A stretch of DNA of 64,000 nt from Candidatus Hydrogenedentota bacterium (GCA_045863335.1 BTVY01000013.1:32001-96000); one strand, 5' to 3'. Positions 41,364 through 51,961 are shown, numbered from the stretch's first letter. Notes: a model not told the origin generated them from the sequence alone. Program-made: numbers and translations.

Positions 41364-42392
41364 ATGGCAGAGATGGGAGTGGGCATCGTCGGCACGGGAT
41401 GGGTGGCTGGTGAACATATTCGCGCGTTCAATGAGGACCCCAACACGAAGGTCGTGGCCTTGTGCTCGCGCACGGAAGAAGGCGCGAAGGCCAAGGCGGC
41501 CGAGTGCGGCATCCAATGCGACATTTTCACCGACTACGGCAAGATGCTCGATCAGAAAGGCATCGACATCATCGCCATCGCCACGCCGCCCAACGTGCAT
41601 CGGGACGAGGCCGTCGGCGCCGCCGAAGCGGGCAAGCACATCCTTCTCGAGAAAGCTATGGCGACAACCCTCGAAGATTCCCGCGCCATCCGCGATGCGG
41701 TCGCAAAAGCCAAGGTCAAAACTGTCGTCAGTTTCGTGCTCCGTTGGAATCCCCTGTTCGACATCATCAAGAAACAACTCGCCGCGAAGACCATCGGCGA
41801 CGTGTTCCTCGGCGAAGTCGATTACTTCCACGGCATCGGCCCCTGGTACAAGCAATACGGCTGGAATGTGAAGAAGGACGTCGGCGCCAGCTCGCTCTTG
41901 TCCGCGGGATGTCACGCGCTGGACGCGTTGCGCTATTTCATGGGCGGCGAAATCGCGGAGGTGTTCCAGTACTCCACCTCCGGCAAAGGACCCGACTTCA
42001 AAGAGTACGAGTACGACGCGACCACCTGCACGGTGCTGAAGTTCAAGGATGGACGCATCGGCAAGGTCGCTTCCTGCATCGAGTGCATCCAACCCTATGT
42101 GTTCAACATCAATCTCGTCGGCACGCGTGGCACGATCAAAAACAACCAGCTGTACTCGAAAGAAACCATGCCGGGGCAGACCGGGTGGGCGACCATTCCG
42201 ACGATCCTTCCCGACAGCGGCGACGTGACGCACCATCCCTTCACGCACGAAGTCGCGCACCTCGTGGACTGTATCCAGAACAACAAAGAGTCGCATGCCA
42301 ACGTGGCGGATTCGTTCCTGACGCACGAGGCCTGCTTCGCGGCGGACCTGTCCGGCAAGGAGGGCAAACCCGTTGCCTTGCCCATGGCTTAG
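41364..42392 (+). CDS. Gfo/Idh/MocA oxidoreductase
   Basis: GIVGTG, IATP..H, GKHILLEKAMA, GCHALD. Confidence 0.92.
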   Translation: MAEMGVGIVGTGWVAGEHIRAFNEDPNTKVVALCSRTEEGAKAKAAECGIQCDIFTDYGKMLDQKGIDIIAIATPPNVHRDEAVGAAEAGKHILLEKAMATTLEDSRAIRDAVAKAKVKTVVSFVLRWNPLFDIIKKQLAAKTIGDVFLGEVDYFHGIGPWYKQYGWNVKKDVGASSLLSAGCHALDALRYFMGGEIAEVFQYSTSGKGPDFKEYEYDATTCTVLKFKDGRIGKVASCIECIQPYVFNINLVGTRGTIKNNQLYSKETMPGQTGWATIPTILPDSGDVTHHPFTHEVAHLVDCIQNNKESHANVADSFLTHEACFAADLSGKEGKPVALPMA

Positions 42393-42407
42393 AATCGAGT
42401 CTTTCAC

Positions 42408-43346
42408 GTGAAGCAGTTCATATCCAGGAACGCGCTGATACTGGGCATGGCCGCGGTCTGCATCGCCCTGGCCATGCTTACACCGAGTTTTGCTTCCCCT
42501 GACAACCTGACCAACGTGGCGCGGCGCATCAGCGCCGTCAGCATCGTGGCCGTCGGCGAAACGCTCGTCATCATCACGGCGGGGATTGACCTCTCCGTCG
42601 GCAGCGTTGCGGCCCTGGCCGCCTGCGTATCGGGAATCGTCATCCGCGAATACGGATACAGCGTCCCCGTGGGTATCTTCGCGGGCATCCTGGCGGGGCT
42701 GACCTGCGGCCTCATCAACGGGCTTCTGTCCACGAAGGGGCGCATCCCTTCATTCATCGTCACCCTCGGCATGATGCTGGCCGCGCGCGGTGCGGCGCAT
42801 CTATTAACGGGCGGCGCCACGATTACCGGGCTTCCCGAGGCCTACCGCTTCCTCGGCGGCACGAGGTACTGGTTTGTCCCCTTCATCGTGACGCTGATCG
42901 TTGTCGCCATTTTCGCGGTGGTGCTTATGTACACCCGGTACGGCCGCGAAATCTACGCCACGGGCGGCAACCTCAGCGGCGCACGGTTGTCCGGTATTCC
43001 GGTAGATCGCGTGCGCATCGTCGCATTCACCTTGGGCGGCATGCTCGCCGGATTCGGCGGGGTGGTCATGGCGTCGCGGGCCGGCGTGGCCACACCCACG
43101 ATGGCTGAGGGCATGGAACTCGACGCGATCGCGGCTTGCGTCGTCGGGGGCGCCAGTCTCATGGGCGGCGAAGGTGGCGCGGTGGGCGCGTTGATCGGCG
43201 CGTTAATCATCGGCACGCTGGTCAACATCTGCCAGTTGAACGGCATGTCCGACGAGTGGCAGCGCATCGTCGTCGGCGTGTTGATCGTTGTCCTCGTATT
43301 CTTTGATAACATGCGTAAACGCCGCGCCGGGAAGTTGAAGGAGTAG
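42408..43346 (+). CDS. Monosaccharide ABC transporter permease (RbsC family)
   Basis: GIDLSVGS, IPSFIVTLG, ATGGN..GARLSGI, ELDAIAACVVGG. Confidence 0.93.
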   Translation: MKQFISRNALILGMAAVCIALAMLTPSFASPDNLTNVARRISAVSIVAVGETLVIITAGIDLSVGSVAALAACVSGIVIREYGYSVPVGIFAGILAGLTCGLINGLLSTKGRIPSFIVTLGMMLAARGAAHLLTGGATITGLPEAYRFLGGTRYWFVPFIVTLIVVAIFAVVLMYTRYGREIYATGGNLSGARLSGIPVDRVRIVAFTLGGMLAGFGGVVMASRAGVATPTMAEGMELDAIAACVVGGASLMGGEGGAVGALIGALIIGTLVNICQLNGMSDEWQRIVVGVLIVVLVFFDNMRKRRAGKLKE

Positions 43347-43349
43347 CAA

Positions 43350-43515
43350 GGAGGGCGGGTTTTCCAATCCGCCAAGCCCCGCGCTCAGGACATCCTCTAT
43401 CGACGAAGTAACAACAAGAAACTTATGGCGGGCAATATCCATACAATCGCGGGACTCTTGGTGCTTGAGACTTAAACGTATTCGTTGGCGTGGCGGGTTG
43501 GAAAACCCGCCCTCC
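43350..43515. repeat. Inverted pair of REP-like sequences (REPIN-like)
   Basis: GGAGGGCGGGTTTTCCAATCCGCCA (43350-43374) and TGGCGGGTTGGAAAACCCGCCCTCC (43491-43515), one mismatch. Confidence 0.85.
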
Positions 43516-43535
43516 GGTAAGAGGGAGAACTCATT

Positions 43536-44522
43536 ATGACACGCGTACTCGTCGGTCTTCTGGCCGTATTGACCATTCTGGGTTGCGGACAACCCGCGCA
43601 AGATTCCGGCACCGCGTCTACGGGCGACGGTGCGGCGGCGGGCGACGCCAAGCTCTCCTTCGCGGTGATCCCCAAGGGTCTCAGCCACGAATTCTGGTTG
43701 ACCGTCAAAAAGGGCGCAGAGACCGCCGGCGAAGAGTTGGGCGTGGAGATCATATGGATCGGTCCGGAGAAGGAGACCGATGTGATCAAGCAGATCAACA
43801 TCGTCGAGGACATGATCGGCCGCGGTGTGGACGCCATTGTCATGGCGGCTTGCGATCAGGACGCGCTGGTAGAGGTGATCCAGCGCGCGGACACCAAGGG
43901 CATTCCCGTGGTGACCATCGATTCGGGCGTCAATTCAGATGTTCCGGTTTCCTTCGTCGCGACCGACAACATCGCCGGCGCCGAAGCGGCCGCGCGGGAA
44001 CTCGCCCGACTCATTGGCGAAGAAGGATCGGTGGGGCTTATCCCCTTCGTCAAAGGGGCCGCGACCTCCGAGTTGCGCGAAGAAGGATTCAAGAAGGGGA
44101 TCGCGGCCTTTCCGAACATCACGATTGCGGACACCCAGCATTGCCAAAGCGACGTCAACAAGGCAATGAACGTTACTGAGGATATGCTGACGGCCTATCC
44201 GGACATGAAGGGTCTCTTCGCGACGAACGAGCCCGCTGCCATCGGCGCGGCGCAAGCGGTCGAAGCAGCGGGACGCGGAGGCGAGTTCAAAATCGTCGCC
44301 TTCGACGCGTCGCCAAACGAGTTGGCCGCCCTCGAACGCGGCACCATCCACGCGCTCATCGTGCAGAATCCGTTCAAGATGGGATACCTCGGCGTGAAGA
44401 CCGCCTACGACAAGCTTCAGGGCAATCCCGTCGAAGCGCGCGTCGATACCGGCGTGGAAGTCATCACGCAGGAGAATCTCAACGATCCCGAAATCCAGAA
44501 ACTCCTGCACCCGCTGGGGTAG
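43536..44522 (+). CDS. Sugar ABC transporter substrate-binding lipoprotein (RbsB family)
   Basis: Lipobox ILG-C; IPKG..HEFW, TIDSGV, ATDN, VQNPFKMGY. Confidence 0.92.
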   Translation: MTRVLVGLLAVLTILGCGQPAQDSGTASTGDGAAAGDAKLSFAVIPKGLSHEFWLTVKKGAETAGEELGVEIIWIGPEKETDVIKQINIVEDMIGRGVDAIVMAACDQDALVEVIQRADTKGIPVVTIDSGVNSDVPVSFVATDNIAGAEAAARELARLIGEEGSVGLIPFVKGAATSELREEGFKKGIAAFPNITIADTQHCQSDVNKAMNVTEDMLTAYPDMKGLFATNEPAAIGAAQAVEAAGRGGEFKIVAFDASPNELAALERGTIHALIVQNPFKMGYLGVKTAYDKLQGNPVEARVDTGVEVITQENLNDPEIQKLLHPLG

Positions 44523-44531
44523 GGAACATTC

Positions 44532-44660
44532 GTCCACAGATTACACAGATTTGCACAGATTGAAGACGGGCCGAACGCTACGAACGTTGTCCAGCTTGCG
44601 GCCGATTCCGGGGGTGAGCGTGAATCTCCCTTGAATTTGAATCTGTGCAAATCTGTGGAC
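44532..44660. repeat. Inverted array of CACAGATT units
   Basis: Three CACAGATT units at left, two AATCTGTG units at right. Confidence 0.8.
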
Positions 44661-44705
44661 ATTTCGCTTTTGCACCGATAGGAACCCTGTGCCATACTGC
44701 GTCCC

Positions 44706-46280
44706 ATGAGCAATCAACCAGGTTCTACGACTCTTTCCCGACGCGATTTGTTCAAGACCGGCATTGCTGCGGGCGCGGCAGTAGCACTGACGAGCGGCCG
44801 CACGCAGGCGGTGGAGTTGCCCGGCCTGAACAAGCCCAACATCCTCTTCATCATGACGGACCAGCAGCGCGGCGACTGCGTAGGCGCCGCGGGGAACCCG
44901 TCCATCAAGACGCCGAATCTGGATCGTCTTGCCAACGAAGGCATCCTGTTCCGCAACGCCTACTCCTGCGTGCCTTCGTGCACGCCCGCGCGCGCGGCGC
45001 TCTTGACCGGGCTCGCGCCCTGGCGCAACGGTATGCTCGGGTACGGCCGCGTCGGTGAAGGATACGCCATCGAAATGCCCCAGGCTCTGCGCGACGCCGG
45101 GTATTACACGACCGGCATCGGCAAGATGCACTGGCATCCGCAACGGCACACGCATGGGTTCCACCGGACCATCCTTGACGAATCGGGTCGCGAACAATCC
45201 ATTGAGTTCCGAAGCGATTACCGCGCGTGGTTGTACTCGAAGGATCCCTCCGTCGATCCCGACGCGACCGGTCTCGGCTGGAACGATTACCGGGGCTGGC
45301 AATACAAGCTGCCCGAGGAGTATCACCCGACTCATTGGACGGGAGATACTGCGCGCCATTTCATCGAAACCTACGACCGGCCCGAACCGTTCTTTTTGAA
45401 AGTGTCCTTCTCGCGCCCCCACAGTCCTTACGATGCGCCCCCGCGGTTCTGGGATATGTATGAGAATGCCAACCTCCCCGAAGCGAGCGTCGGCGACTGG
45501 GCGGATCGCTATGCGCCGCGCAGCGACGATTCCGACAACATCTGGCACGGCGACATGGGCGCGGACCAGGTGCGCAAATCGCGACAGGGGTATTACGGGA
45601 ACATCACGTTTATCGATGAGAAGGTCGGCGAAATTCTGACCGCCCTCGACAAACGAGGGATGATGGAGAACACACTCATTGTGTTTACCTCCGACCACGG
45701 CGACATGGTGGGCGACCACCACATGTGGCGAAAAAGCTACGCCTACGAAGGCTCGGCCAACGTGCCCATGATTGTGCGCTGGCCGAAGGGCACGCTCTCC
45801 GAAGACCGCGGCCGCGTGCTCCAACATCCGGTCGAGCTGCGCGACGTCCTGCCCACGTTCATGGATGCGGCGGGAATTCCGGGCGCGGAAACGCTGGACG
45901 GTAAAAGCATGTTGTCGCTGGTCAAAGACAGCGATGCGGAGTGGCGGCCGTACATCGACCTCGAACACGACCGTTGCTACGCGCCGGAAAACCACTGGAC
46001 CGCGGTCACCGACGGACACAGCAAGTTCATCTTCCACTGCGAGACCGGCGAAGAGCAGTTCTTCGATCTCGACGCCGACCGTGGCGAAAAGAAGAACCTC
46101 GCTCAGGATCCGCAGTACGCCGAGCGCGTCGCGGAATGGCGGCAGCGCATGATCGATCATTTATCCGAACGCGGCGAACCCTTCGTGAAAGACGGCAAAC
46201 TCGCCGTGCGCCAGGAGTCGCACCTCTATTCACCGAACTGGCCCGGCTGCAAATGCCACGGCACGAATCGTCGCGCGTAA
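44706..46280 (+). CDS. Tat-exported formylglycine-type sulfatase
   Basis: SRRDLFK Tat motif; PNILFIMTDQQR; CTPARAALLTG; GKMH; SDHG. Confidence 0.93.
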   Translation: MSNQPGSTTLSRRDLFKTGIAAGAAVALTSGRTQAVELPGLNKPNILFIMTDQQRGDCVGAAGNPSIKTPNLDRLANEGILFRNAYSCVPSCTPARAALLTGLAPWRNGMLGYGRVGEGYAIEMPQALRDAGYYTTGIGKMHWHPQRHTHGFHRTILDESGREQSIEFRSDYRAWLYSKDPSVDPDATGLGWNDYRGWQYKLPEEYHPTHWTGDTARHFIETYDRPEPFFLKVSFSRPHSPYDAPPRFWDMYENANLPEASVGDWADRYAPRSDDSDNIWHGDMGADQVRKSRQGYYGNITFIDEKVGEILTALDKRGMMENTLIVFTSDHGDMVGDHHMWRKSYAYEGSANVPMIVRWPKGTLSEDRGRVLQHPVELRDVLPTFMDAAGIPGAETLDGKSMLSLVKDSDAEWRPYIDLEHDRCYAPENHWTAVTDGHSKFIFHCETGEEQFFDLDADRGEKKNLAQDPQYAERVAEWRQRMIDHLSERGEPFVKDGKLAVRQESHLYSPNWPGCKCHGTNRRA

Positions 46281-46325
46281 TCGCCCGTTCACATCAAATT
46301 CATCCATAGCAGGAGCACAGGCAGC

Positions 46326-46634
46326 ATGTTCATCGTACATGTCAACGTTCGCGTGAAAGACGACTGCGTCGAAGCATTTCGCGATGCGACGCTGGAGAAC
46401 GCGCGGCAGAGCATTCAGGAGCCGGGGATCGCACGGTTCGATGTCATTCAACAGGTCGACGATCCGACGCGCTTCGTGTTGGTTGAGGTATACCGCACCT
46501 TCGGCGATCCCGCGCGGCACAAGGAAACGGCTCATTATCAGAAATGGCGCGACGCGGTCGAGCCCATGATGGCGGAACCCCGCCAGAGCGTGAAGTACAA
46601 CAACTGTTTCCCCGACGATCCCGGTTGGGGATGA
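46326..46634 (+). CDS. Antibiotic biosynthesis monooxygenase family protein (LsrG-like)
   Basis: [34 protein letters not shown]. Confidence 0.85.
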   Translation: MFIVHVNVRVKDDCVEAFRDATLENARQSIQEPGIARFDVIQQVDDPTRFVLVEVYRTFGDPARHKETAHYQKWRDAVEPMMAEPRQSVKYNNCFPDDPGWG

Positions 46635-46690
46635 CGAGCAGGAATCGACGTGGGGGCGCTTCGAGGTCTCGCACGGGGAGTGGGTCCATC

Positions 46691-48091
46691 ATGCACAAAC
46701 CGACTCGCAGGACGTTCATGCAATCCGCTGTGCTCGGAAGCGCGGCCCTCGCCGGCGCCTACCGAGCCAACGCGCAAGACGCGCCCGAGCGCCCGAACAT
46801 CGTCTTCCTCTTCTCCGACGATCACAGCGTTCCGGACCTCGGCTGTTACGGGAACGACACGATTCGCACGCCCAACCTCGATGCCCTTGCCGCGGCGGGT
46901 ATGCGCTTCGATCGCGCCTACGTCACCAGCCCGCAATGCAGCCCCAGCCGCGCGAGCATCCTGACCGGCCGCTCGCCGCACGCGGTGGGCGCATCGCGTC
47001 TTCACGTGAACGCCTATCCCGACGCCGCAAGCATTCCAACCTTGCTCAAAGAAGCCGGATACTTCACTGGCGCGTTTCGCAAGGTCTATCAAGGCGTCAT
47101 TCAAAGGCAGTTCGATTTCTACGGCGGTAACAAGGTCCCCTTCGCCAAGTTCTTCGAGGAGCGTCCGAAGGACAAGCCCTTCTTCCTGTGGTTCGGGTCA
47201 ACCGACCCGCATCGTGACTACGAGCCGGGCGCCGTCGATCCGCCGCACGATCCCGAGTCCGTGAAGGTGCCGCCCCATCTTCCCGATACGCCGGAAGTGC
47301 GGCGGGATATCGCGTTGTATTACGACGAGATCGGCCGTTTCGATCGCGAATGCGGAGAATTGCTCGCGCTGCTGGACGAACATGGATTGGCAGACAATAC
47401 GCTCGTGGTCATGTCCGGCGACAACGGCCGGCCCTTTCCCCGTGCCAAAGCGACCGTGTACGAACCGGGCATCCACGTCCCGTTGCTGGCGCGCTGGCCG
47501 GGGCGCATCGAAGCGGGACGCTCGACGAACACCCTCGTCTCGCTTATGGACCTCGCGGCGACATGGCTCGACGTGGCCGGTGCAACCATCCCGGACGCGA
47601 TGGAGTCCGTGTCGCTGGTACCCCTCCTGCGGGGCGACGTGGACCGCGTCCACGAATATGTCTTCTGCGAGCGCAACTGGCACGACAACTGGGATCCCAT
47701 TCGCAGCGTCGTCGGGGAGCGGTACAAGTTGATCCAGAATTACCGGCCCGAAGTGGGCCATCTGAACAGCCTCGATCTCCTGCGGTCGCCGAGTTTCGAG
47801 TCCATCCGCCTGCTGGCTGAATCCGGCGAACTGAAAGAACCGCATACCTGGTATCTGAACGATTCAAAACCTCGCGTCGAGTTCTACGACCTCGAATCGG
47901 ATCCCGGCGAGTGGCACAACCTTGCCGGCGATCCCGGCCAGGCCGATCGAATCGCTGCGATGCAACAAGCCCTCGGAAAGTGGATGAACGCGACGCACGA
48001 CTTTCTGCCGCCGCCCGCCTCCGCCGCCGGAGGCCCGTACAAAGACACACTCGATGGGGAAGCCCGCTGGTGGAACGAGGATCCGCAATGA
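46691..48091 (+). CDS. Tat-exported sulfatase (N-sulfoglucosamine sulfohydrolase-like)
   Basis: TRRTFM Tat; CSPSRASILTG; DPHRDY, GDNG.PFPRAK. Confidence 0.9.
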   Translation: MHKPTRRTFMQSAVLGSAALAGAYRANAQDAPERPNIVFLFSDDHSVPDLGCYGNDTIRTPNLDALAAAGMRFDRAYVTSPQCSPSRASILTGRSPHAVGASRLHVNAYPDAASIPTLLKEAGYFTGAFRKVYQGVIQRQFDFYGGNKVPFAKFFEERPKDKPFFLWFGSTDPHRDYEPGAVDPPHDPESVKVPPHLPDTPEVRRDIALYYDEIGRFDRECGELLALLDEHGLADNTLVVMSGDNGRPFPRAKATVYEPGIHVPLLARWPGRIEAGRSTNTLVSLMDLAATWLDVAGATIPDAMESVSLVPLLRGDVDRVHEYVFCERNWHDNWDPIRSVVGERYKLIQNYRPEVGHLNSLDLLRSPSFESIRLLAESGELKEPHTWYLNDSKPRVEFYDLESDPGEWHNLAGDPGQADRIAAMQQALGKWMNATHDFLPPPASAAGGPYKDTLDGEARWWNEDPQ

Positions 48092-49464
48092 ACGACAAGC
48101 CGAACGACGCAACGATGCACCGAAACCTGAACCGGCGCGATTTTATGCGAGCGGGCGCGTCCGCGAGCGCGGCACTGCTGGCCGGTCGCGCGGCCTACGC
48201 AGCCATACCCGAGTCGCTGGGCTCCGCACCGGAGCTGCCTTTCGCCGCGCCACCCATCGAGAACGTGCGGATCGGATTCGTCGGCGTGGGCAACATGGGA
48301 ACCAATCACGTACGCAACCTGCTGAAGATCGAGGGCTGCCAGATTACCGCCGTGTGCGACATCGTCGAGTCCAAGGTAGCCGCCGCGCAGCAGTTGGTGG
48401 TAGACGCAGGCTTTCCGAAACCTGCCGGATACGCCAATGGCGAAACCGACTTCCAACGTATGTGCGCCGAGGAGGATTTGGACCTTGTGTTCACCGCGAC
48501 ACCCTGGCGCTGGCACGTCCCCGTGTGCGTGGCTGCCATGGAAAACGGCAAGCACGCGGCAACGGAGGTCCCCGCGGCGGTGACGATTGAAGAATGCTGG
48601 CAACTCGTGGAAACCGCGGAGAAGCAGCAGAAGCATTGCATCATGATGGAAAATTGCTGCTACGGTCGAGCCGAGATGCAGATCCTGCTCATGGTACGGC
48701 GCGGGGTCTTCGGCGATCTCCTGCACGGCGAGGGGGCGTACTTGCACGACCTGCGCGAGTTTAAATTCTCTTTCGGCGAACAAGGCCGCTGGCGCCGCGA
48801 ACTCAGCATGACGCGGAATGGAAACCTCTATCCCACGCACGGTCTCGGTCCTATCGCGCAATGCATGAACATCAATCGCGGCGACCGGTTCAGCTATATG
48901 GTTTCCATGAGCGCGCCGTCCATGGGGTTGCGGCGCTTCGCCGAGGAACACTTTCCGGAAGACGACCCGCGACGGGCCGAAACCTTCGTGAACGGCGATT
49001 ACAGCACCAGCATCATCAAGACTGAACTGGGAAGAACGATCGTCGTCCAATACACCTGCGACGCACCGCGGCCATACAGCCGACTCAATCTACTGCAAGG
49101 CACCAGGGCGATCACCGAGGGATTTCCCGATCGCATCTACATTGAGGGGCGAAGTCCCAAGGACACGTGGGAACCGTTGGAGCAGTACCGGCCCGAGTTT
49201 GAGCATCCCTTGTGGGGCCAAATCGGCGCGGATGCCACCGGCGCGGGGCACGGCGGGATGGACTTCCTGGAGAATTACCGGCTCATCAAGTGCCTGCGCG
49301 AAGGATTGCCCCTCGATATGGACGTTTATGACGCGGCCGCGTGGACCGTCGTCGGCCCGTTGAGCGAACAATCGGTTGCTCATCGCGCTGAAACGGTGGA
49401 TTTCCCCGATTTCACCCGGGGGCGTTGGAAGCATTGGCAGCCCATCGGGATCGTGGACGCGTAA
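48088..49464 (+). CDS. GH109 alpha-N-acetylgalactosaminidase-like (Gfo/Idh/MocA fold), Tat-exported
   Basis: NRRDFM Tat; ATPW.WH, EVPAA, MENCCY, YPTHGLGP, GHGGMD, DVYDAA, PDFTRG. Confidence 0.9.
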   Translation: MNDKPNDATMHRNLNRRDFMRAGASASAALLAGRAAYAAIPESLGSAPELPFAAPPIENVRIGFVGVGNMGTNHVRNLLKIEGCQITAVCDIVESKVAAAQQLVVDAGFPKPAGYANGETDFQRMCAEEDLDLVFTATPWRWHVPVCVAAMENGKHAATEVPAAVTIEECWQLVETAEKQQKHCIMMENCCYGRAEMQILLMVRRGVFGDLLHGEGAYLHDLREFKFSFGEQGRWRRELSMTRNGNLYPTHGLGPIAQCMNINRGDRFSYMVSMSAPSMGLRRFAEEHFPEDDPRRAETFVNGDYSTSIIKTELGRTIVVQYTCDAPRPYSRLNLLQGTRAITEGFPDRIYIEGRSPKDTWEPLEQYRPEFEHPLWGQIGADATGAGHGGMDFLENYRLIKCLREGLPLDMDVYDAAAWTVVGPLSEQSVAHRAETVDFPDFTRGRWKHWQPIGIVDA

Positions 49465-49648
49465 CGTGCGCAAAACCATTCCGTTCGGCGTGTATTGAAC
49501 CCGGCCCCAAAGCCGGGTAAGCTACCCTTCCCCTGAAAACGTGCTATCGTCCCACCACCAGCGGGTGCGCCGCAGCACAGAATCCGCGCGTATCTATCAG
49601 GGAAATGCTGTGAACGATCCGCGCATACGTGAAAGGTATTCTGTACTC

Positions 49649-51787
49649 ATGCGATTCTCTATTCTCATCTTGACGTGCCTTTTGGCGGTCGCTACGGGAC
49701 TGGCCGAGGTGCCCAGCATCACGGTTGGGAGATTTCCCCAGGAAGTGGCGACGAAGCACACCACGGACAATGGACTCCCCTCCAACGACGTGCGCGCGAT
49801 CTACGTCGGCGCCGATGGAATGGTCTACGCCGAAACCGCCCTGGGCTGGGCCGTGCTGAAGAAACACCACTGGTCCAGGGTCGCCGAGCCGGGGCAGAAC
49901 GTGTTGCCCGGCCGGGTCGACGACCGGCTTTTCACCGAGATTGCCGGAATCACGAACCAGATTGCTCAATCTGATGAGAACCGCCTCGTCGCAGCGACCA
50001 GCAAAGGGCTGCTGGAGAAGACGCCTGCGGGCTTTCAACCGATCGTCATCGACACCGGCAAAGGCAGCCAGTGGGCGGTCGAGGACGTGCGCGGCGTCGC
50101 CTTTGACACTTCCAACCGACTATGGGTTGCGTCGCTGGCGGGTGTCGCCTGTCAAACGGGACCTGGCTGGACCTTCTACACGGGCGAGGACGGGCTTCCC
50201 TACAACGACTTCACGTGCGTGGCCGCGGGACCCGACGATGTCGTGTGGTTCGGTACCCGCATCGGCGCGGTGCGCTTCGACGGCGAAAACTGGGCGTACC
50301 GGCAAGGGCTTCGTTGGTTGCCCAGCGACGAGATTCGGTCCATCGCGGTGGATGATCACGGCAACGCCTGGTTCGCAACCGCGGACGGCGTTGGGTGCAT
50401 CGAACGCCGCATGATGACCCTCGCGGAGAAGGCGGACTTCTACGAAGAGGAAATGGAGAAATATATTCGCCGCACCAAGTTCGGCTACGTGTCCGAGGTC
50501 GGCCTGAGTGCCCCCGGTGACAAGAGCGAGATTCGATACAGTGACAGCGACAACGACGGCTTGTGGACGGCCATGTACGGCGCGGGCGAGTGCTTCGCCT
50601 ACGCGGCCACGGGCGATCCGAAGGCAAAAGACCGGGCCAAACGCGCCTTCGAAGCGTTGCGATTCTTGCAGAAAGTCACACAGGGCACCGAGTTCAGCCC
50701 GCCCAAGGGCTACGTTGCACGCACGATTCTTCCCGCAGACGGACCCAACCCGAATGATGGCCGCGTCGAGGGAGACCGCAAGAAGCGTGAAACCGAAGAC
50801 AAGCTTTGGAAAGTGTACGAGCCGCGTTGGCCCTTAAGCGCCGACAAGAAGTGGTTCTGGAAGAGCGACACCAGCTCGGACGAGTTGGATGGCCATTACT
50901 TCTTCTATCCGCTCTATTATGATCTCGTCGCGGACACGGAAGAAGAGAAGGAGCGGGTTCGCGAGGTCGTACGCGATTTGACCGATCACCTCGTTGAGCA
51001 CAACTATCAGTTGATCGATTTCGACGGAACCGTGACGCGGTGGGGCGTCTACAATCCCGAAGCCCTCAATCACGATCCCAACTGGTGGGTTGAGCGCGGC
51101 CTTAAGTCACTCAGCATGTTGTCGTACCTCGCCGTGGCGCGCCACATGACCGGCGACGACAAGTATGGCGAGCACATCCGGAATCTGTGCGAAAATCACG
51201 CGTACGATACAAACGCCATGATCTACAAGATTCATCGCGGTCCGGGTTCGGGCAACCATTCCGACGACGAGATGGCCTTCATGTGCTATTACAACCTGCT
51301 CAAGTACACGACGCCCGACGAGTTCACCCAGGACCTGATGTTCTCGTTCTACAGCGCCTGGACCAACGAGCAACCCGAGATGAACCCGTTCTTCAATTTC
51401 GCGTACGCGGCGCATGGGCTCGAAGCCACGTACACGAGCCCGTGGGGCACTGCGAACATCGGTCCCTGGGGCGGTTGGCTGGAAGATTCCATCGAGACGT
51501 TGAAAGGCTTCCCGCTGGACCGCTGCAATTGGGCCAGCAAGAACAGCCATCGGCTCGATATCGAACTGCTGCCCCGCCAGCAGGCGGTGGAACTGACGGA
51601 AGAAGGCCGGCCCCACTACGGGTACCGCGTGAATGGAAAGGTGCTGCCGGTCGAGAACCGCCACTTCAACCACTGGAACCACAACCCGTGGAACCTGAAC
51701 TACGGCGGCAACGGCCAGGAACTTGCGAGCGGCACGGTCTACCTGTTGCCGTACTACATGGGGCTGTACCACGGCTTCATCAAGTAA
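49649..51787 (+). CDS. Secreted protein with regulator-propeller repeats and a helical C-terminal domain
   Basis: Signal peptide; GLPSNDV, GLPYND, LPSDEI repeats; SDNDGLWT and SSDELDGH motifs. Confidence 0.75.
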   Translation: MRFSILILTCLLAVATGLAEVPSITVGRFPQEVATKHTTDNGLPSNDVRAIYVGADGMVYAETALGWAVLKKHHWSRVAEPGQNVLPGRVDDRLFTEIAGITNQIAQSDENRLVAATSKGLLEKTPAGFQPIVIDTGKGSQWAVEDVRGVAFDTSNRLWVASLAGVACQTGPGWTFYTGEDGLPYNDFTCVAAGPDDVVWFGTRIGAVRFDGENWAYRQGLRWLPSDEIRSIAVDDHGNAWFATADGVGCIERRMMTLAEKADFYEEEMEKYIRRTKFGYVSEVGLSAPGDKSEIRYSDSDNDGLWTAMYGAGECFAYAATGDPKAKDRAKRAFEALRFLQKVTQGTEFSPPKGYVARTILPADGPNPNDGRVEGDRKKRETEDKLWKVYEPRWPLSADKKWFWKSDTSSDELDGHYFFYPLYYDLVADTEEEKERVREVVRDLTDHLVEHNYQLIDFDGTVTRWGVYNPEALNHDPNWWVERGLKSLSMLSYLAVARHMTGDDKYGEHIRNLCENHAYDTNAMIYKIHRGPGSGNHSDDEMAFMCYYNLLKYTTPDEFTQDLMFSFYSAWTNEQPEMNPFFNFAYAAHGLEATYTSPWGTANIGPWGGWLEDSIETLKGFPLDRCNWASKNSHRLDIELLPRQQAVELTEEGRPHYGYRVNGKVLPVENRHFNHWNHNPWNLNYGGNGQELASGTVYLLPYYMGLYHGFIK

Positions 51788-51829
51788 GCAGGGCCGCGTA
51801 ACCGGCCTTACGGACTTACCCTCGATTCT

Positions 51830-51857
51830 GAACGCCCGGCTGAAAGGCCGGGCGTTC
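51830..51857 (+). terminator. GC-rich hairpin after the propeller gene
   Basis: GAACGCCCGGC-TGAAAG-GCCGGGCGTTC; weak T tail. Confidence 0.55.
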
Positions 51858-51921
51858 TCGTATCTCCTCACGTTGATTTGGCGGACGGTTGGCGTCGGAA
51901 TCGTGCGGTACAGGCCCCGAC

Positions 51922-51961
51922 AAAGAGGAAAGGGTCCAACGGGAGTCCCCGCTGAACCCTT
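51922..51961 (-). terminator. Terminator of the small-peptide transcript
   Basis: Minus strand AAGGGTTCAGCGGG-GACT-CCCGTTGGACCCTT followed by TCCTCTTT. Confidence 0.6.
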
